DNA of 64,000 nucleotides. Source: Spirochaetota bacterium. Lineage in GTDB: Bacteria; Spirochaetota; UBA4802; UBA5550. The DNA lies in assembly GCA_036821145.1 (NCBI GenBank), contig DAISJZ010000005.1, forward strand, positions 1,029-65,028. Direction: 5' to 3'. Below are positions 18,921 to 28,044 of the stretch, piece after piece. Made by a program: the position numbers and the translations under genes. How positions within the stretch are numbered: the first letter of the stretch is position 1; every line of letters begins with the position of its first letter. The notes beneath the pieces were generated by a model. That model did no database searches, was not told the origin of the DNA, and was given only the letters and a program-made list of their open reading frames with translations.

Positions 18921-19874
18921 ATGAATGCACTGAACAGAAAAGATCTATTGGATATCAAGTCGCTCTCCCCTGAGGAGATTTTACTTATATGCGACACAGC
19001 AAAGTATTTTAAGGACGTTTTCACCCGGGACGTGAAGACAGTACCGGTTCTCCGTGGTAAGACCGTATGCACCCTGTTTTATGAGCCATCCACAAGAACC
19101 CGCCTCAGTTTTGAGCTGGCGGCCAAGATGCTTTCGGCCAATACAATCAATGTCCCTGTTACAACCTCAAGCGTTGTTAAGGGGGAATCGCTGATTGACA
19201 CGGTGCGGACCCTGGAAGCCATGAAGGCTGACTATATTGTAATGAGACATGCGGCATCTTTAGCGCCGCATTTTTTGTCTAAAAATATAGACGGTTCCGT
19301 TATAAACGGCGGTGACGGGTACCATGCTCACCCGACACAGGCTCTCCTTGACACCTATTCTATAATTGAAAAGAGGGGCACACTGAAGGGGCTTCATATC
19401 GGGATTATTGGAGACATCAAGCATTCACGTGTGGCAAGATCGGATCTTCTGGTTTTTAAAAAACTTGGCGCGAAAGTTACTTTATGCGGGCCCTCAACGC
19501 TCCTTCCTGATGAGTTTGAACAGTACGGCGTAGACATGACTTATGATTTTGATGAACTCCTCCCTGATCTTGATGTTGTAAATATGCTGAGGATACAGAG
19601 AGAGAGGCAGCAGGGTTCACTCTTCCCCTCAATAAGGGAGTATAATCTCCTTTACTGCCTTACTGAAGAGAGATTCGCGAAATGCAGGTCAGATGTAATA
19701 ATCATGCACCCCGGCCCTATGAACAGGGGGATAGAAATTGATGATGCTATTGCAGATCATCCCAATTCCATTATAAATGAACAGGTTACAAACGGAGTGG
19801 CAGTGAGAATGGCGGTGTTCTATCTCCTCGCAGGGGGAACACCTTTTAAAGACGAAGAGAACCAGGAAGCTTAA
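18921..19874 (+). CDS. pyrB: aspartate carbamoyltransferase catalytic subunit
   Basis: Motifs present: FYEPSTRTRLSFE, HPTQALLD and MHPGPMNRG. Confidence 0.95.
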   Translation: MNALNRKDLLDIKSLSPEEILLICDTAKYFKDVFTRDVKTVPVLRGKTVCTLFYEPSTRTRLSFELAAKMLSANTINVPVTTSSVVKGESLIDTVRTLEAMKADYIVMRHAASLAPHFLSKNIDGSVINGGDGYHAHPTQALLDTYSIIEKRGTLKGLHIGIIGDIKHSRVARSDLLVFKKLGAKVTLCGPSTLLPDEFEQYGVDMTYDFDELLPDLDVVNMLRIQRERQQGSLFPSIREYNLLYCLTEERFAKCRSDVIIMHPGPMNRGIEIDDAIADHPNSIINEQVTNGVAVRMAVFYLLAGGTPFKDEENQEA

Positions 19875-19878
19875 AGAT

Positions 19879-21156
19879 ATGAGAATAGTAATAAAAAACG
19901 GAAGGCTCATAGATCCCGCGTCAGGAACAGATGACAGGCTTGACGTTGTTTTAAGCGGCGGGAGAGTTGAAGCCATAGATAGAAATATAAAGGGATCAGC
20001 GGAAGATGAAGTTATCGATGCTGAGGGATCCCTTGTCCTTCCCGGCCTTGTTGATATGCATGTTCACTTCAGGGAGCCGGGCCGTGAAGATGTTGAAACA
20101 ATCCTCGGCGGTTCAATGGTTGCTGCAAAAAGCGGATTCACGTCTGTCTGTACCATGCCGAACACTACTCCCGTGATTGATAACCAGGCCCTTGTACGTT
20201 TTATAATTATGGAAGCGGCAAAGGGACCTATTAATGTTTTCCCTTCTGCGAATATTACCAAAGGGGGAAAGGGGGAAGAGATATCAGAGATGGGTGAGCT
20301 CATCAAAGGCGGAGCTGTTGCTTTTACTGATGACGGCAGACCGGTGATGAGTTCTATTACTATGAGAAGAGCCCTTGAGTATTCAAGGATGTTTGGTGCT
20401 CCCATACTCTCCCATGCAGAGGACAAATCCCTTGCTGACGATGGTCTCATGAATGAAGGGCTTAATTCAATCAGGCTTGGGCTTAAAGGGATTCCACGAG
20501 AGGCAGAGGAAGTAATGATTGCAAGGGATATACTCCTTGCCAGGCTTACAAAAGGTAAAATTCATTTCTGTCATGTTTCGTCTGAGGGATCAGTTGAAAT
20601 AATACGCAGAGGGAAAAACGATAAGATAAATGTTACATGTGAAACAGCTCCGCACTACTTCTCCCTTACTGATGATGAAGTGGAAGAACTGATGTCCATG
20701 GCAAAGATGAACCCGCCGCTTCGTACAGAGAGTGACAGAAAAGGGATCATTGAAGGGCTGAGAGACGGGACAATTGATGTTATTGCCACAGACCACGCTC
20801 CTCATTCACCAAATGAGAAGATGCAGGAGATAGAGTATGCTCCCTTCGGAATCATAGGGCTTGAAACATCAGTACCTCTCATCATCACTGAGCTTGTGAG
20901 GAAGAATAATTTTTCATATATACAGGCCTTCGCAAAAGTGACATGCAATCCTGCGGGAATTCTTAATCTTGACAGGGGTGTGCTGAAATCAGGCGGGCAT
21001 GCTGATGTGACAATTGTTAATCCTGAAAGGAAGATAAAAGTGGATGAGCAGTTCCTGCTATCTAAATGTAAAAATACTCCGTTTACAGGCCGCGAGCTCT
21101 ATGGAAGCATAGAATACACAATATGCAACGGGAAGATTGTTTACCGCAGGGGGTAA
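19879..21156 (+). CDS. pyrC: dihydroorotase
   Basis: Motifs present: PGLVDMHVHFREPG, ATDHAPH and the amidohydrolase fold. It lies immediately downstream of pyrB. Confidence 0.93.
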   Translation: MRIVIKNGRLIDPASGTDDRLDVVLSGGRVEAIDRNIKGSAEDEVIDAEGSLVLPGLVDMHVHFREPGREDVETILGGSMVAAKSGFTSVCTMPNTTPVIDNQALVRFIIMEAAKGPINVFPSANITKGGKGEEISEMGELIKGGAVAFTDDGRPVMSSITMRRALEYSRMFGAPILSHAEDKSLADDGLMNEGLNSIRLGLKGIPREAEEVMIARDILLARLTKGKIHFCHVSSEGSVEIIRRGKNDKINVTCETAPHYFSLTDDEVEELMSMAKMNPPLRTESDRKGIIEGLRDGTIDVIATDHAPHSPNEKMQEIEYAPFGIIGLETSVPLIITELVRKNNFSYIQAFAKVTCNPAGILNLDRGVLKSGGHADVTIVNPERKIKVDEQFLLSKCKNTPFTGRELYGSIEYTICNGKIVYRRG

Positions 21157-21176
21157 ATGCAGCGGAACAGGTCTGA

Positions 21177-23123
21177 ATGAAACTATCTCTGACGGGAAAA
21201 CAGGTGCTTACCAGTTCTGAAACAGCAAGGCTGCTGGGGATATCCGTGTCCTCTGTCAGAAACTGGGTGCGGCATGGATTTATCAGTTCGGTCTCCGGCG
21301 AAAACGAATATTCTTTTCTCAGGGACGATGTGATTCTTCTGCAGAGGCGTATTGAAAACGGCGAGCTTGACAGACTTAACAGCAGGGCAAACAAAACAGG
21401 TTCATCAAAAACATTTATCCCTGATGAACTTTTTGAAACAGATTCCGCAAGAAAAGAGGTGGCTGCTTTATCTGATTATATAAGAGAGCAGAAACTTGAT
21501 TCTTCTCTTGCAATGTTTCTGGTGTGTGTAAGTATTTTAAGAATGTACGGCCTTATTGATGCTGTTCAGCAATGCGACATAATCCAGAACAAAAAAATAA
21601 TAATCAGAAAACATAAAAATATAGTCACCGCGCTGAGTGAATGGCGTAAAAATGTATCTGCGGGCATAAATGAAAAAGCGTTAAAAATACTCGATTTTCC
21701 TCTGCCTCTCCAGGGAAATATCGCGGGGATAATATACCAGTCGATCCTTGTTGAAGGTGAAAAATCAAAATTAGGTTCATACTATACTCCTGACTGGATT
21801 GTAAACAGGATTGCGGACAGGCTTGCCTGTGATGGCGGAAGGTTTCTTGACCCATGCTGCGGTACAGGGCAGTTTCTTCTCGCATTCGCGGAGAAGATTG
21901 GTAATCCTGAATTAATTTATGGTATTGATATAGATCCTGTCGCTGTCAATGTTGCAAGAATAAATCTCATGATCAGATTCCGGGAAATTGATTTTGAACC
22001 GGGGATTTTCTGCAATGATTCACTTATGAATTATAATGAATCTCTGCTTTTCGACAGTATAGATTCTCTTCCGCAATTTGATATCATAGCAACAAATCCT
22101 CCGTGGGGTTCTCATTACAGAAAAGAGGAACTTTCAATGTTGAGATACCTCTATCCTGAGATTACATCGGGTGAGTCATTTTCATGTTTTTTTGTGAAGA
22201 GCCTGAGGATGCTGAAAAAAGGGGGGAAGCTCACTTTTCTCCTTCCTGATTCTGTGCTTAATGTCAGAATGCATCATGACATCAGGAACTTTATGCTCGA
22301 AAACGCGATGATTACAAGGATAGAGAAAGAGAAACGAATATTCAGAAATGTTTTCAGTTCAGCTGTTATAATTGATATTATAAAAAAGAAGGGTGAAGGT
22401 TCTGTTGAAATAATAAACAGGGGGAGCAGTTATTCCGTGAGCCAGAAAAGGTTCATGACAAGCAGTAACAATATTTTTGACATAAATATATCCCCTGAGG
22501 ATGAAAGGATTATTGATAAAGTTTATTCAAGGGAACATCTTACTCTGAAAGATGGTGCCATGTGGGCCCTGGGGATAGTTACAGGGAATAATAAAAGTTA
22601 TGTGATCAGCGAATGTCTGAAAGGGTGTGAGCCGGTGATTAAAGGGAAAGATATTCTCCCTTTCAGAATTAAAGAAGCTGAATCATTTATATGTTTTGAT
22701 CCGGAAAAATTTCAGCAGACTGCGGCGGAATGCTACTACAGACACAGGGATAAACTGGTTTACAGGTATATTTCAAACAGACTTGTTTTCGCATGCGACA
22801 GGGAGGGGAGGGTGACCCTGAACAGTGCCAATATACTTATTCCGGAAATTGAAGGGTATTCTCCGGAACTGGTTATGGGACTTTTTAATTCCGATCTCTA
22901 TCAGTTTATCTTTCAGAAAAAGTTTTCGTCGGTTAAGGTTTTGAGGAGCCATATTGAGGAGCTCCCTGTCCCTCTTCTTTCCAGGGATGAAAAGAAGAGA
23001 CTGGAGGAGTCAGTGGAGATTGCAGAGAATACTGGAGACACGATCTCTCTTAATAAAAATGTTTATAATTTTTTCGGATTAACCCGTTGCGATACAGACT
23101 ATATTAAAAAATCTCTGCTATGA
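21177..23123 (+). CDS. N6-adenine DNA methyltransferase (Eco57I/TaqI-like gamma class) with an N-terminal HTH domain
   Basis: HTH: LTSSETARLLGISVSSVRNWVRHGFI. SAM motif I: FLDPCCGTGQFLLAF. Catalytic motif IV: IIATNPPWG. The long C-terminal region resembles a TaqI-like target-recognition domain. I saw no nuclease motif. Confidence 0.82.
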   Translation: MKLSLTGKQVLTSSETARLLGISVSSVRNWVRHGFISSVSGENEYSFLRDDVILLQRRIENGELDRLNSRANKTGSSKTFIPDELFETDSARKEVAALSDYIREQKLDSSLAMFLVCVSILRMYGLIDAVQQCDIIQNKKIIIRKHKNIVTALSEWRKNVSAGINEKALKILDFPLPLQGNIAGIIYQSILVEGEKSKLGSYYTPDWIVNRIADRLACDGGRFLDPCCGTGQFLLAFAEKIGNPELIYGIDIDPVAVNVARINLMIRFREIDFEPGIFCNDSLMNYNESLLFDSIDSLPQFDIIATNPPWGSHYRKEELSMLRYLYPEITSGESFSCFFVKSLRMLKKGGKLTFLLPDSVLNVRMHHDIRNFMLENAMITRIEKEKRIFRNVFSSAVIIDIIKKKGEGSVEIINRGSSYSVSQKRFMTSSNNIFDINISPEDERIIDKVYSREHLTLKDGAMWALGIVTGNNKSYVISECLKGCEPVIKGKDILPFRIKEAESFICFDPEKFQQTAAECYYRHRDKLVYRYISNRLVFACDREGRVTLNSANILIPEIEGYSPELVMGLFNSDLYQFIFQKKFSSVKVLRSHIEELPVPLLSRDEKKRLEESVEIAENTGDTISLNKNVYNFFGLTRCDTDYIKKSLL

Positions 23124-24011
23124 TTACTTCAGCTTTTCATTCATGAATTCCATTACAGGCTCAGCCTGACCTTTCCAGTAAAGCCAGCCGTAACCCCCTG
23201 TTTTACCCTCTTTATATGTTATGCTGTAATCTGAATCTTTTTTCTCGAGCTGTTTCAGCCGTATTGCCATTAGTTTAGACTGTATGGGGTTGAAAGCATC
23301 GTTTTTTTCTCCATGATAGATGTAAACGCTTACACCTTTAAGTTTTTCAGCAAGCTTCAGTACGTTATCTTCATTCTCCCATCTCTGCTGATTTTTTTTA
23401 TAGCTGCCGTATACCGATTCCACCATCCTGCTGGTTGGCATTGTTGATTGATCGTAGTAACCGGAGATCCCGGCTGCTGCTGAAAATTTATCGTTATAGG
23501 CTGCAGCAACAAGGAGTGCTCCGCGTGCGCCGGCAGTGACACCCATTATTCCGGTTCCGTGACTTTTTTTTGCGAGAGAGAATTTTTCGTTAAGGAAACT
23601 GATCAGGGTCTCACCGATATATCTCCCTCCGGGAATAATACTCCATCTGTAACTGGTTTCGGGATAGAAGGCTGTTTCACAGAGAGATTTGTTCATGTAT
23701 GGACAAACAATTACAATATTATATCTGTTTGCAAGGGATTCGATGGAGGTGTTTGTCTCCCAGTCGCTTTCTCTCTCGCCATACTGATGAAGGGCAATAA
23801 CAGTACGATGGTATTTCCCTTTTACATAATTTTTCGGGAAAAAAATCTGTATCCTTGCTGATGATGTTTCGCCTTCATAGGTAATGGGAACCTGGATATT
23901 CTTCAGCCATTTGCCCGGCTGTATCTGGCTTATATAGTCCGGCTCTTCAGCTTTAACACCGGCCGACATTATTAAAAACGTTATTATCAGTAAAGATATG
24001 GTTTTTTTCAT
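23124..24011 (-). CDS. secreted esterase-family (alpha/beta hydrolase, esterase D-like) protein
   Basis: The signal peptide MKKTISLLIITFLIMSAGVKA supports the internal start at 24011; the track ORF extends to 24062. The fold-typical block reads GIMGVTAGARGALLVAA where a GxSxG elbow is expected. Confidence 0.68.
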   Translation of the reverse strand: MKKTISLLIITFLIMSAGVKAEEPDYISQIQPGKWLKNIQVPITYEGETSSARIQIFFPKNYVKGKYHRTVIALHQYGERESDWETNTSIESLANRYNIVIVCPYMNKSLCETAFYPETSYRWSIIPGGRYIGETLISFLNEKFSLAKKSHGTGIMGVTAGARGALLVAAAYNDKFSAAAGISGYYDQSTMPTSRMVESVYGSYKKNQQRWENEDNVLKLAEKLKGVSVYIYHGEKNDAFNPIQSKLMAIRLKQLEKKDSDYSITYKEGKTGGYGWLYWKGQAEPVMEFMNEKLK

Positions 24012-24230
24012 GAGTAAATCCCCGACATAGAATAAGTTAGTAATCTGAACAGATTGCTTCACTCCCGCATGGTCGTTCGCAAAGACAATAATTCATAAAA
24101 AATATTTATACAATATATACTATTAAAAAAGAATCGAGTCAAGCAGATTAGGGAGTTACCGCTTTCTTTTGTCAATAGAATGAGACAATTGTTTATAATA
24201 ATTTACTCACTAAAAGAGTTCCGGAATTTT

Positions 24231-24908
24231 TCATGATATATAGCCATTCTCCTTCATGCTGTAAAATGCTGCATCTGTGAGTATGATATGGTCAACAAGG
24301 GGTATGCCTACAATTTTTCCCGCTTCAATCAGGCGGCGTGTTGTTTCAATATCCTGCCTTGAAGGAGCAGGATTCCCTGAAGGGTGATTATGTGTTACTA
24401 TTATACCTGAACCGCCCTCCCTTATGGCATCACGAAAAACTTCCCGGGGATGAACAATTGCTTCAGTGATTGTACCGATTGAAACAACACTCTTTTTTAT
24501 CAGCATATTTTTGTTGTTTATTACAAGGACCCGGAATTCCTCTTTCTGCAGGCCGGCAGTTTCAGGGAGGAGGAGTTCCCACACCGCCAGTGGTGTGCTC
24601 AGCTGGTTCATGTATGGTGCACCTGTAATGGCTCTTCTGCCAAGCTCAAAAGCTGCTAAAATTTTAACTGACTTTTTTAATCCGATCCCTTTTTCTTCTG
24701 CAAGTTCTCTCAGCCCGCATCTTGAAACAGCGGTGAGCCCCCCTCTTTTTTTTATTATAGTTGATGAAAGTTCGAGTACATCCTTATCCTTTGTGCCGGT
24801 CCCGAGTATTACGGCAAGGAGTTCTATGTCTGAGAGATCTCTGACGCTTTCCCCATCAATACATTTCTGTACAGGGAGTCTGTAATTTTCATGGATTCCG
24901 GAATTCAT
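24231..24908 (-). CDS. radC: RadC-family JAMM/MPN+ protein
   Basis: Motifs HNHPSGNPAPSRQD and ELLAVILGTG with a helix-hairpin-helix-like N-terminus. 225 aa. Confidence 0.92.
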   Translation of the reverse strand: MNSGIHENYRLPVQKCIDGESVRDLSDIELLAVILGTGTKDKDVLELSSTIIKKRGGLTAVSRCGLRELAEEKGIGLKKSVKILAAFELGRRAITGAPYMNQLSTPLAVWELLLPETAGLQKEEFRVLVINNKNMLIKKSVVSIGTITEAIVHPREVFRDAIREGGSGIIVTHNHPSGNPAPSRQDIETTRRLIEAGKIVGIPLVDHIILTDAAFYSMKENGYIS

Positions 24909-25966
24909 CTTCTCCCCCTGCTGTATATCCGTTTAAACTCCTCTAAATATTTTGCGGCAATTTCCCGGCTTTCTATCACAAGGATGTTTTCATCATTTTT
25001 CCGGTTTGCGTTTTTTGAAAAATTGAATGACCCTGTTATTACGATTTTTTCATCAATAATAATAACCTTGTGATGCATTATTTTCCGGTTCCGGTCTTTA
25101 ACAACAGGAAGTCCTTCAATCATCATTTTTGTGAATTCTGAATGCTCGCTGTTTGAGCCTTTTTTTTCAAAAACACCCTCTACTGTGATCCCCTCTTTGA
25201 ATTTTGATATCATGGTCTCTGCAATTACATCTGAGGTGAAAGAAAAAGCCATGAACCGTATGGAGCTTTTCGCTTTATTCAACCTGCTTTTTATTATTTT
25301 TTCTACGTTATTCTCAGGGGAGAAATATGCATTAATATGGACATCGTCAATTTTAACATAATATTTATTCAGGAGCGGTGCAAAGGGGATAACATCACTC
25401 CTGTTTCCGAAAACTCCATGTGAAAACATCTCTTCAAATTCAGCATTATAGATATCAGCGAGTTCAGGGGATCTTATTATTACTGAATTATTATTGTTTT
25501 TAAAAGCGCAGTTATCCGTGGCATTTGTTGAGCCTGTATATACAATGGAACTGTCAATAACTGCAAACTTGTTGTGCATGAGGCCCGGTCTGTTATCTTC
25601 AACAACAGGGATCCCTGCGTCAATGATTGATTCAATGGGCTTTCCTGAAAGATTATCGCTATCTGTTACGAGTCTGACTTTTACGCCTCTTTTCGCGGCG
25701 TTAATAAAAGCCTGAGCTACACGCATTGATGATATATCATAAAATGCGCCATTTATCTCCTGTCCGGACGAATTAATCAGTTTTATAAAACTCTCCTCCG
25801 GCTTCGGAATCGATTTGCGGATTCTTTCCGGATCTGAAAAACAGACTTCAATTTTTTCTGCTGCTCCCGGTGAAGACATAAATAGTATTGTTAATAAGAA
25901 AAAAATATACTTTTTCAAATAGTGTACTCCTCGTTTAATGAAGTTTAGATTTGCTGCACGGGTCAT
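24905..25966 (-). CDS. secreted phospholipase D/nuclease-family protein with two HKD motifs
   Basis: N-terminal signal/anchor: YIFFLLTILFMSSPGAAE. The two HxK(x4)D motifs are HNKFAVIDSSIVYTGSTN and HHKVIIIDEKIVITGSFN. Confidence 0.85.
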   Translation of the reverse strand: MTRAANLNFIKRGVHYLKKYIFFLLTILFMSSPGAAEKIEVCFSDPERIRKSIPKPEESFIKLINSSGQEINGAFYDISSMRVAQAFINAAKRGVKVRLVTDSDNLSGKPIESIIDAGIPVVEDNRPGLMHNKFAVIDSSIVYTGSTNATDNCAFKNNNNSVIIRSPELADIYNAEFEEMFSHGVFGNRSDVIPFAPLLNKYYVKIDDVHINAYFSPENNVEKIIKSRLNKAKSSIRFMAFSFTSDVIAETMISKFKEGITVEGVFEKKGSNSEHSEFTKMMIEGLPVVKDRNRKIMHHKVIIIDEKIVITGSFNFSKNANRKNDENILVIESREIAAKYLEEFKRIYSRGRR

Positions 25967-26060
25967 GAGTTCTCAATGACATGGATCAGGTAAAGATTGT
26001 TGAAACAGAATAGATCCATATATCATATACGAAAGTAACCGGAAGGATTTAAAAATTTTT

Positions 26061-27005
26061 TTATTGAGATTTGAGCTGTTCGAGCCTGTCCATTACGAGA
26101 TTTTCATATTCGGTATAGAGGAGCTGACCCTCCCTTCCGGGATTCATTGAGCTTACTTTTGAAACAAGCGTCCTGTACGGCGCAAGCTTCCGGTAGTCTG
26201 TCTCCTTCTCAAGCTGGGCTTTTACAGTATCTCCATCTCTTTCTATGAGCGCGAGGTAGAATTCAAATGAGTTTTTAAGCTCAATAAGCATATTCATATT
26301 ACGTAAAACTTCATTTTCATCTGTACGGTTCATCAGGATATCATTGAGTAGGTAAATTATGTATTGTGTATCAAAAGCCGAGATGTCAAAGTCCAGAAGG
26401 AGCTGATTGAGGTTCGACAGCGCCATATGTCTAAGGTGATACGAGGCAAGGAAAACCGCGTTGTCTGACATTGTATTAATATTTGTAAAGTCAGTTTCTT
26501 TTGCATCTGAAGTACTTTCAGTCTCCTCTTTTTTCTGTGAAGAGATGTATATGATCTCCATAGGCTTGAACCGGCTGGCTATTACAGATACCTCTGTTTC
26601 AGATAAAGTCTCATCAACAATAAGGTAGTCGATCTCTGTACCTGAAGGTATCTCTTTGAGCATTGCAGAGTAACCTTTAACATGGTTTATGGTAGAGGGG
26701 ACCATGTCCGATTTGGCAAAAAGGTTTATGAATATATATTTTTTCTTTTTTTCAATTATGTTTCTGTAGGGGACAATGAGGTGATTATCTCTTAGTTTTA
26801 AAAGGGAGAATTCCCTGTCGTAATCCCTTTCGGTTTCAAATGTTGTCCCGAGGAAAACGATAGAGGGCATTTTATGCAGGAGGCTTCTCCCTTCATTGTC
26901 AGCGGATATCGACTCACCCCTGTTGTTGAAAACAAGATATTTCATCTTGTTGAACATTACTTTCAGGATGAGACCGGACGGGGTTTTCTCTTCGGCAAAA
27001 TTCAT
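26061..27005 (-). CDS. hypothetical protein
   Basis: 314-aa ORF on the same strand as its neighbours, AT-rich. No recognisable motif. Confidence 0.5.
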   Translation of the reverse strand: MNFAEEKTPSGLILKVMFNKMKYLVFNNRGESISADNEGRSLLHKMPSIVFLGTTFETERDYDREFSLLKLRDNHLIVPYRNIIEKKKKYIFINLFAKSDMVPSTINHVKGYSAMLKEIPSGTEIDYLIVDETLSETEVSVIASRFKPMEIIYISSQKKEETESTSDAKETDFTNINTMSDNAVFLASYHLRHMALSNLNQLLLDFDISAFDTQYIIYLLNDILMNRTDENEVLRNMNMLIELKNSFEFYLALIERDGDTVKAQLEKETDYRKLAPYRTLVSKVSSMNPGREGQLLYTEYENLVMDRLEQLKSQ

Positions 27006-27048
27006 TCTGATAATCTTTCAGAATTATTTTATTTTGCAAGCAAATATT

Positions 27049-28044
27049 TCAGACCTTTGCAGTAACGTCAGTACTCAGGGGATCGAATTTTCCTGATTTA
27101 AAATACCGGTAACCCATCCCTGCAATCATTGCAGCATTGTCTGTGCAGAGCAGGGGGGAGGGGATTATAATCTCCTCATTGTCTCTTTTTTCGCTGTTCA
27201 GAATCTCCCTGAGCCTTCCATTTGCCGCAACTCCGCCGGCAACAACCATTGTTTTTATCCCTTCCTCTCTTGCTGCGGTAAAAATCCGTCGGGATAGGAG
27301 TTCCAGTGCTCTCTCCTGAAACGAGTATACGATTCCGGGAATATCATCATCAGGATTAGCTTTGATGTGATTGATTACGGCTGTCTTTATGCCGGAATAG
27401 GAGAATCTTCTGTCAGCAGGATCTGTTAGTATCTTAGGGAAGAAGACTTTTTTTGTTACGGCCTGTTTTGCGATCTTTTCTATAACAGGGCCCCCGGGGT
27501 AACCGAGCCCGAGGAATTTTGAAACTTTATCATAGGCTTCACCAACTGCATCATCAACAGTTTTTCCAATAAGCTTTAATTCTCCCGGGGCATTAACCCT
27601 GTAAAGAGCGGTGTTACCCCCGGAAATAAGAAGCCCTATGAAGGGGTACTCCGGCTCTCTCCCTTCAAGGAAGGGGGCATAGAGGTGCGCTTCAAGGTGA
27701 TTAATTGCAATAAGAGGAATATTCAGGGTAAACGAGATCGCTTTTGCGCTCTGAAGCGCTATGAGGAGTGACCCTATGAGCCCCGGGCGGTTTGTTGCAG
27801 CAACGTAGTCCAGATCGCCGAATGTAACTCCGGCCTCTGACAGGGATGAGGCAATGAGCCCGTTTATATTTTCGAGGTGTGCCCGTGATGCAATCTCAGG
27901 CACAACGCCTGAATAATCACTGTGAAGCTCGATCTGGCTGTTTATCATGTTCGAAAGAATTTTTTTCCCGTCAACCACTATTGCTGCCGAGGTCTCGTCG
28001 CAGGAGCTTTCAAGACCGAGACCTATTACCTGTCTGTTTTTCAC
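27049..28044 (-). CDS. tsaD: tRNA N6-adenosine threonylcarbamoyltransferase
   Basis: Motifs present: GLESSCDETSAAIV, GVVPEIASRAH, GGNTALY and VAGGVAAN. Confidence 0.95.
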   Translation of the reverse strand: MKNRQVIGLGLESSCDETSAAIVVDGKKILSNMINSQIELHSDYSGVVPEIASRAHLENINGLIASSLSEAGVTFGDLDYVAATNRPGLIGSLLIALQSAKAISFTLNIPLIAINHLEAHLYAPFLEGREPEYPFIGLLISGGNTALYRVNAPGELKLIGKTVDDAVGEAYDKVSKFLGLGYPGGPVIEKIAKQAVTKKVFFPKILTDPADRRFSYSGIKTAVINHIKANPDDDIPGIVYSFQERALELLSRRIFTAAREEGIKTMVVAGGVAANGRLREILNSEKRDNEEIIIPSPLLCTDNAAMIAGMGYRYFKSGKFDPLSTDVTAKV

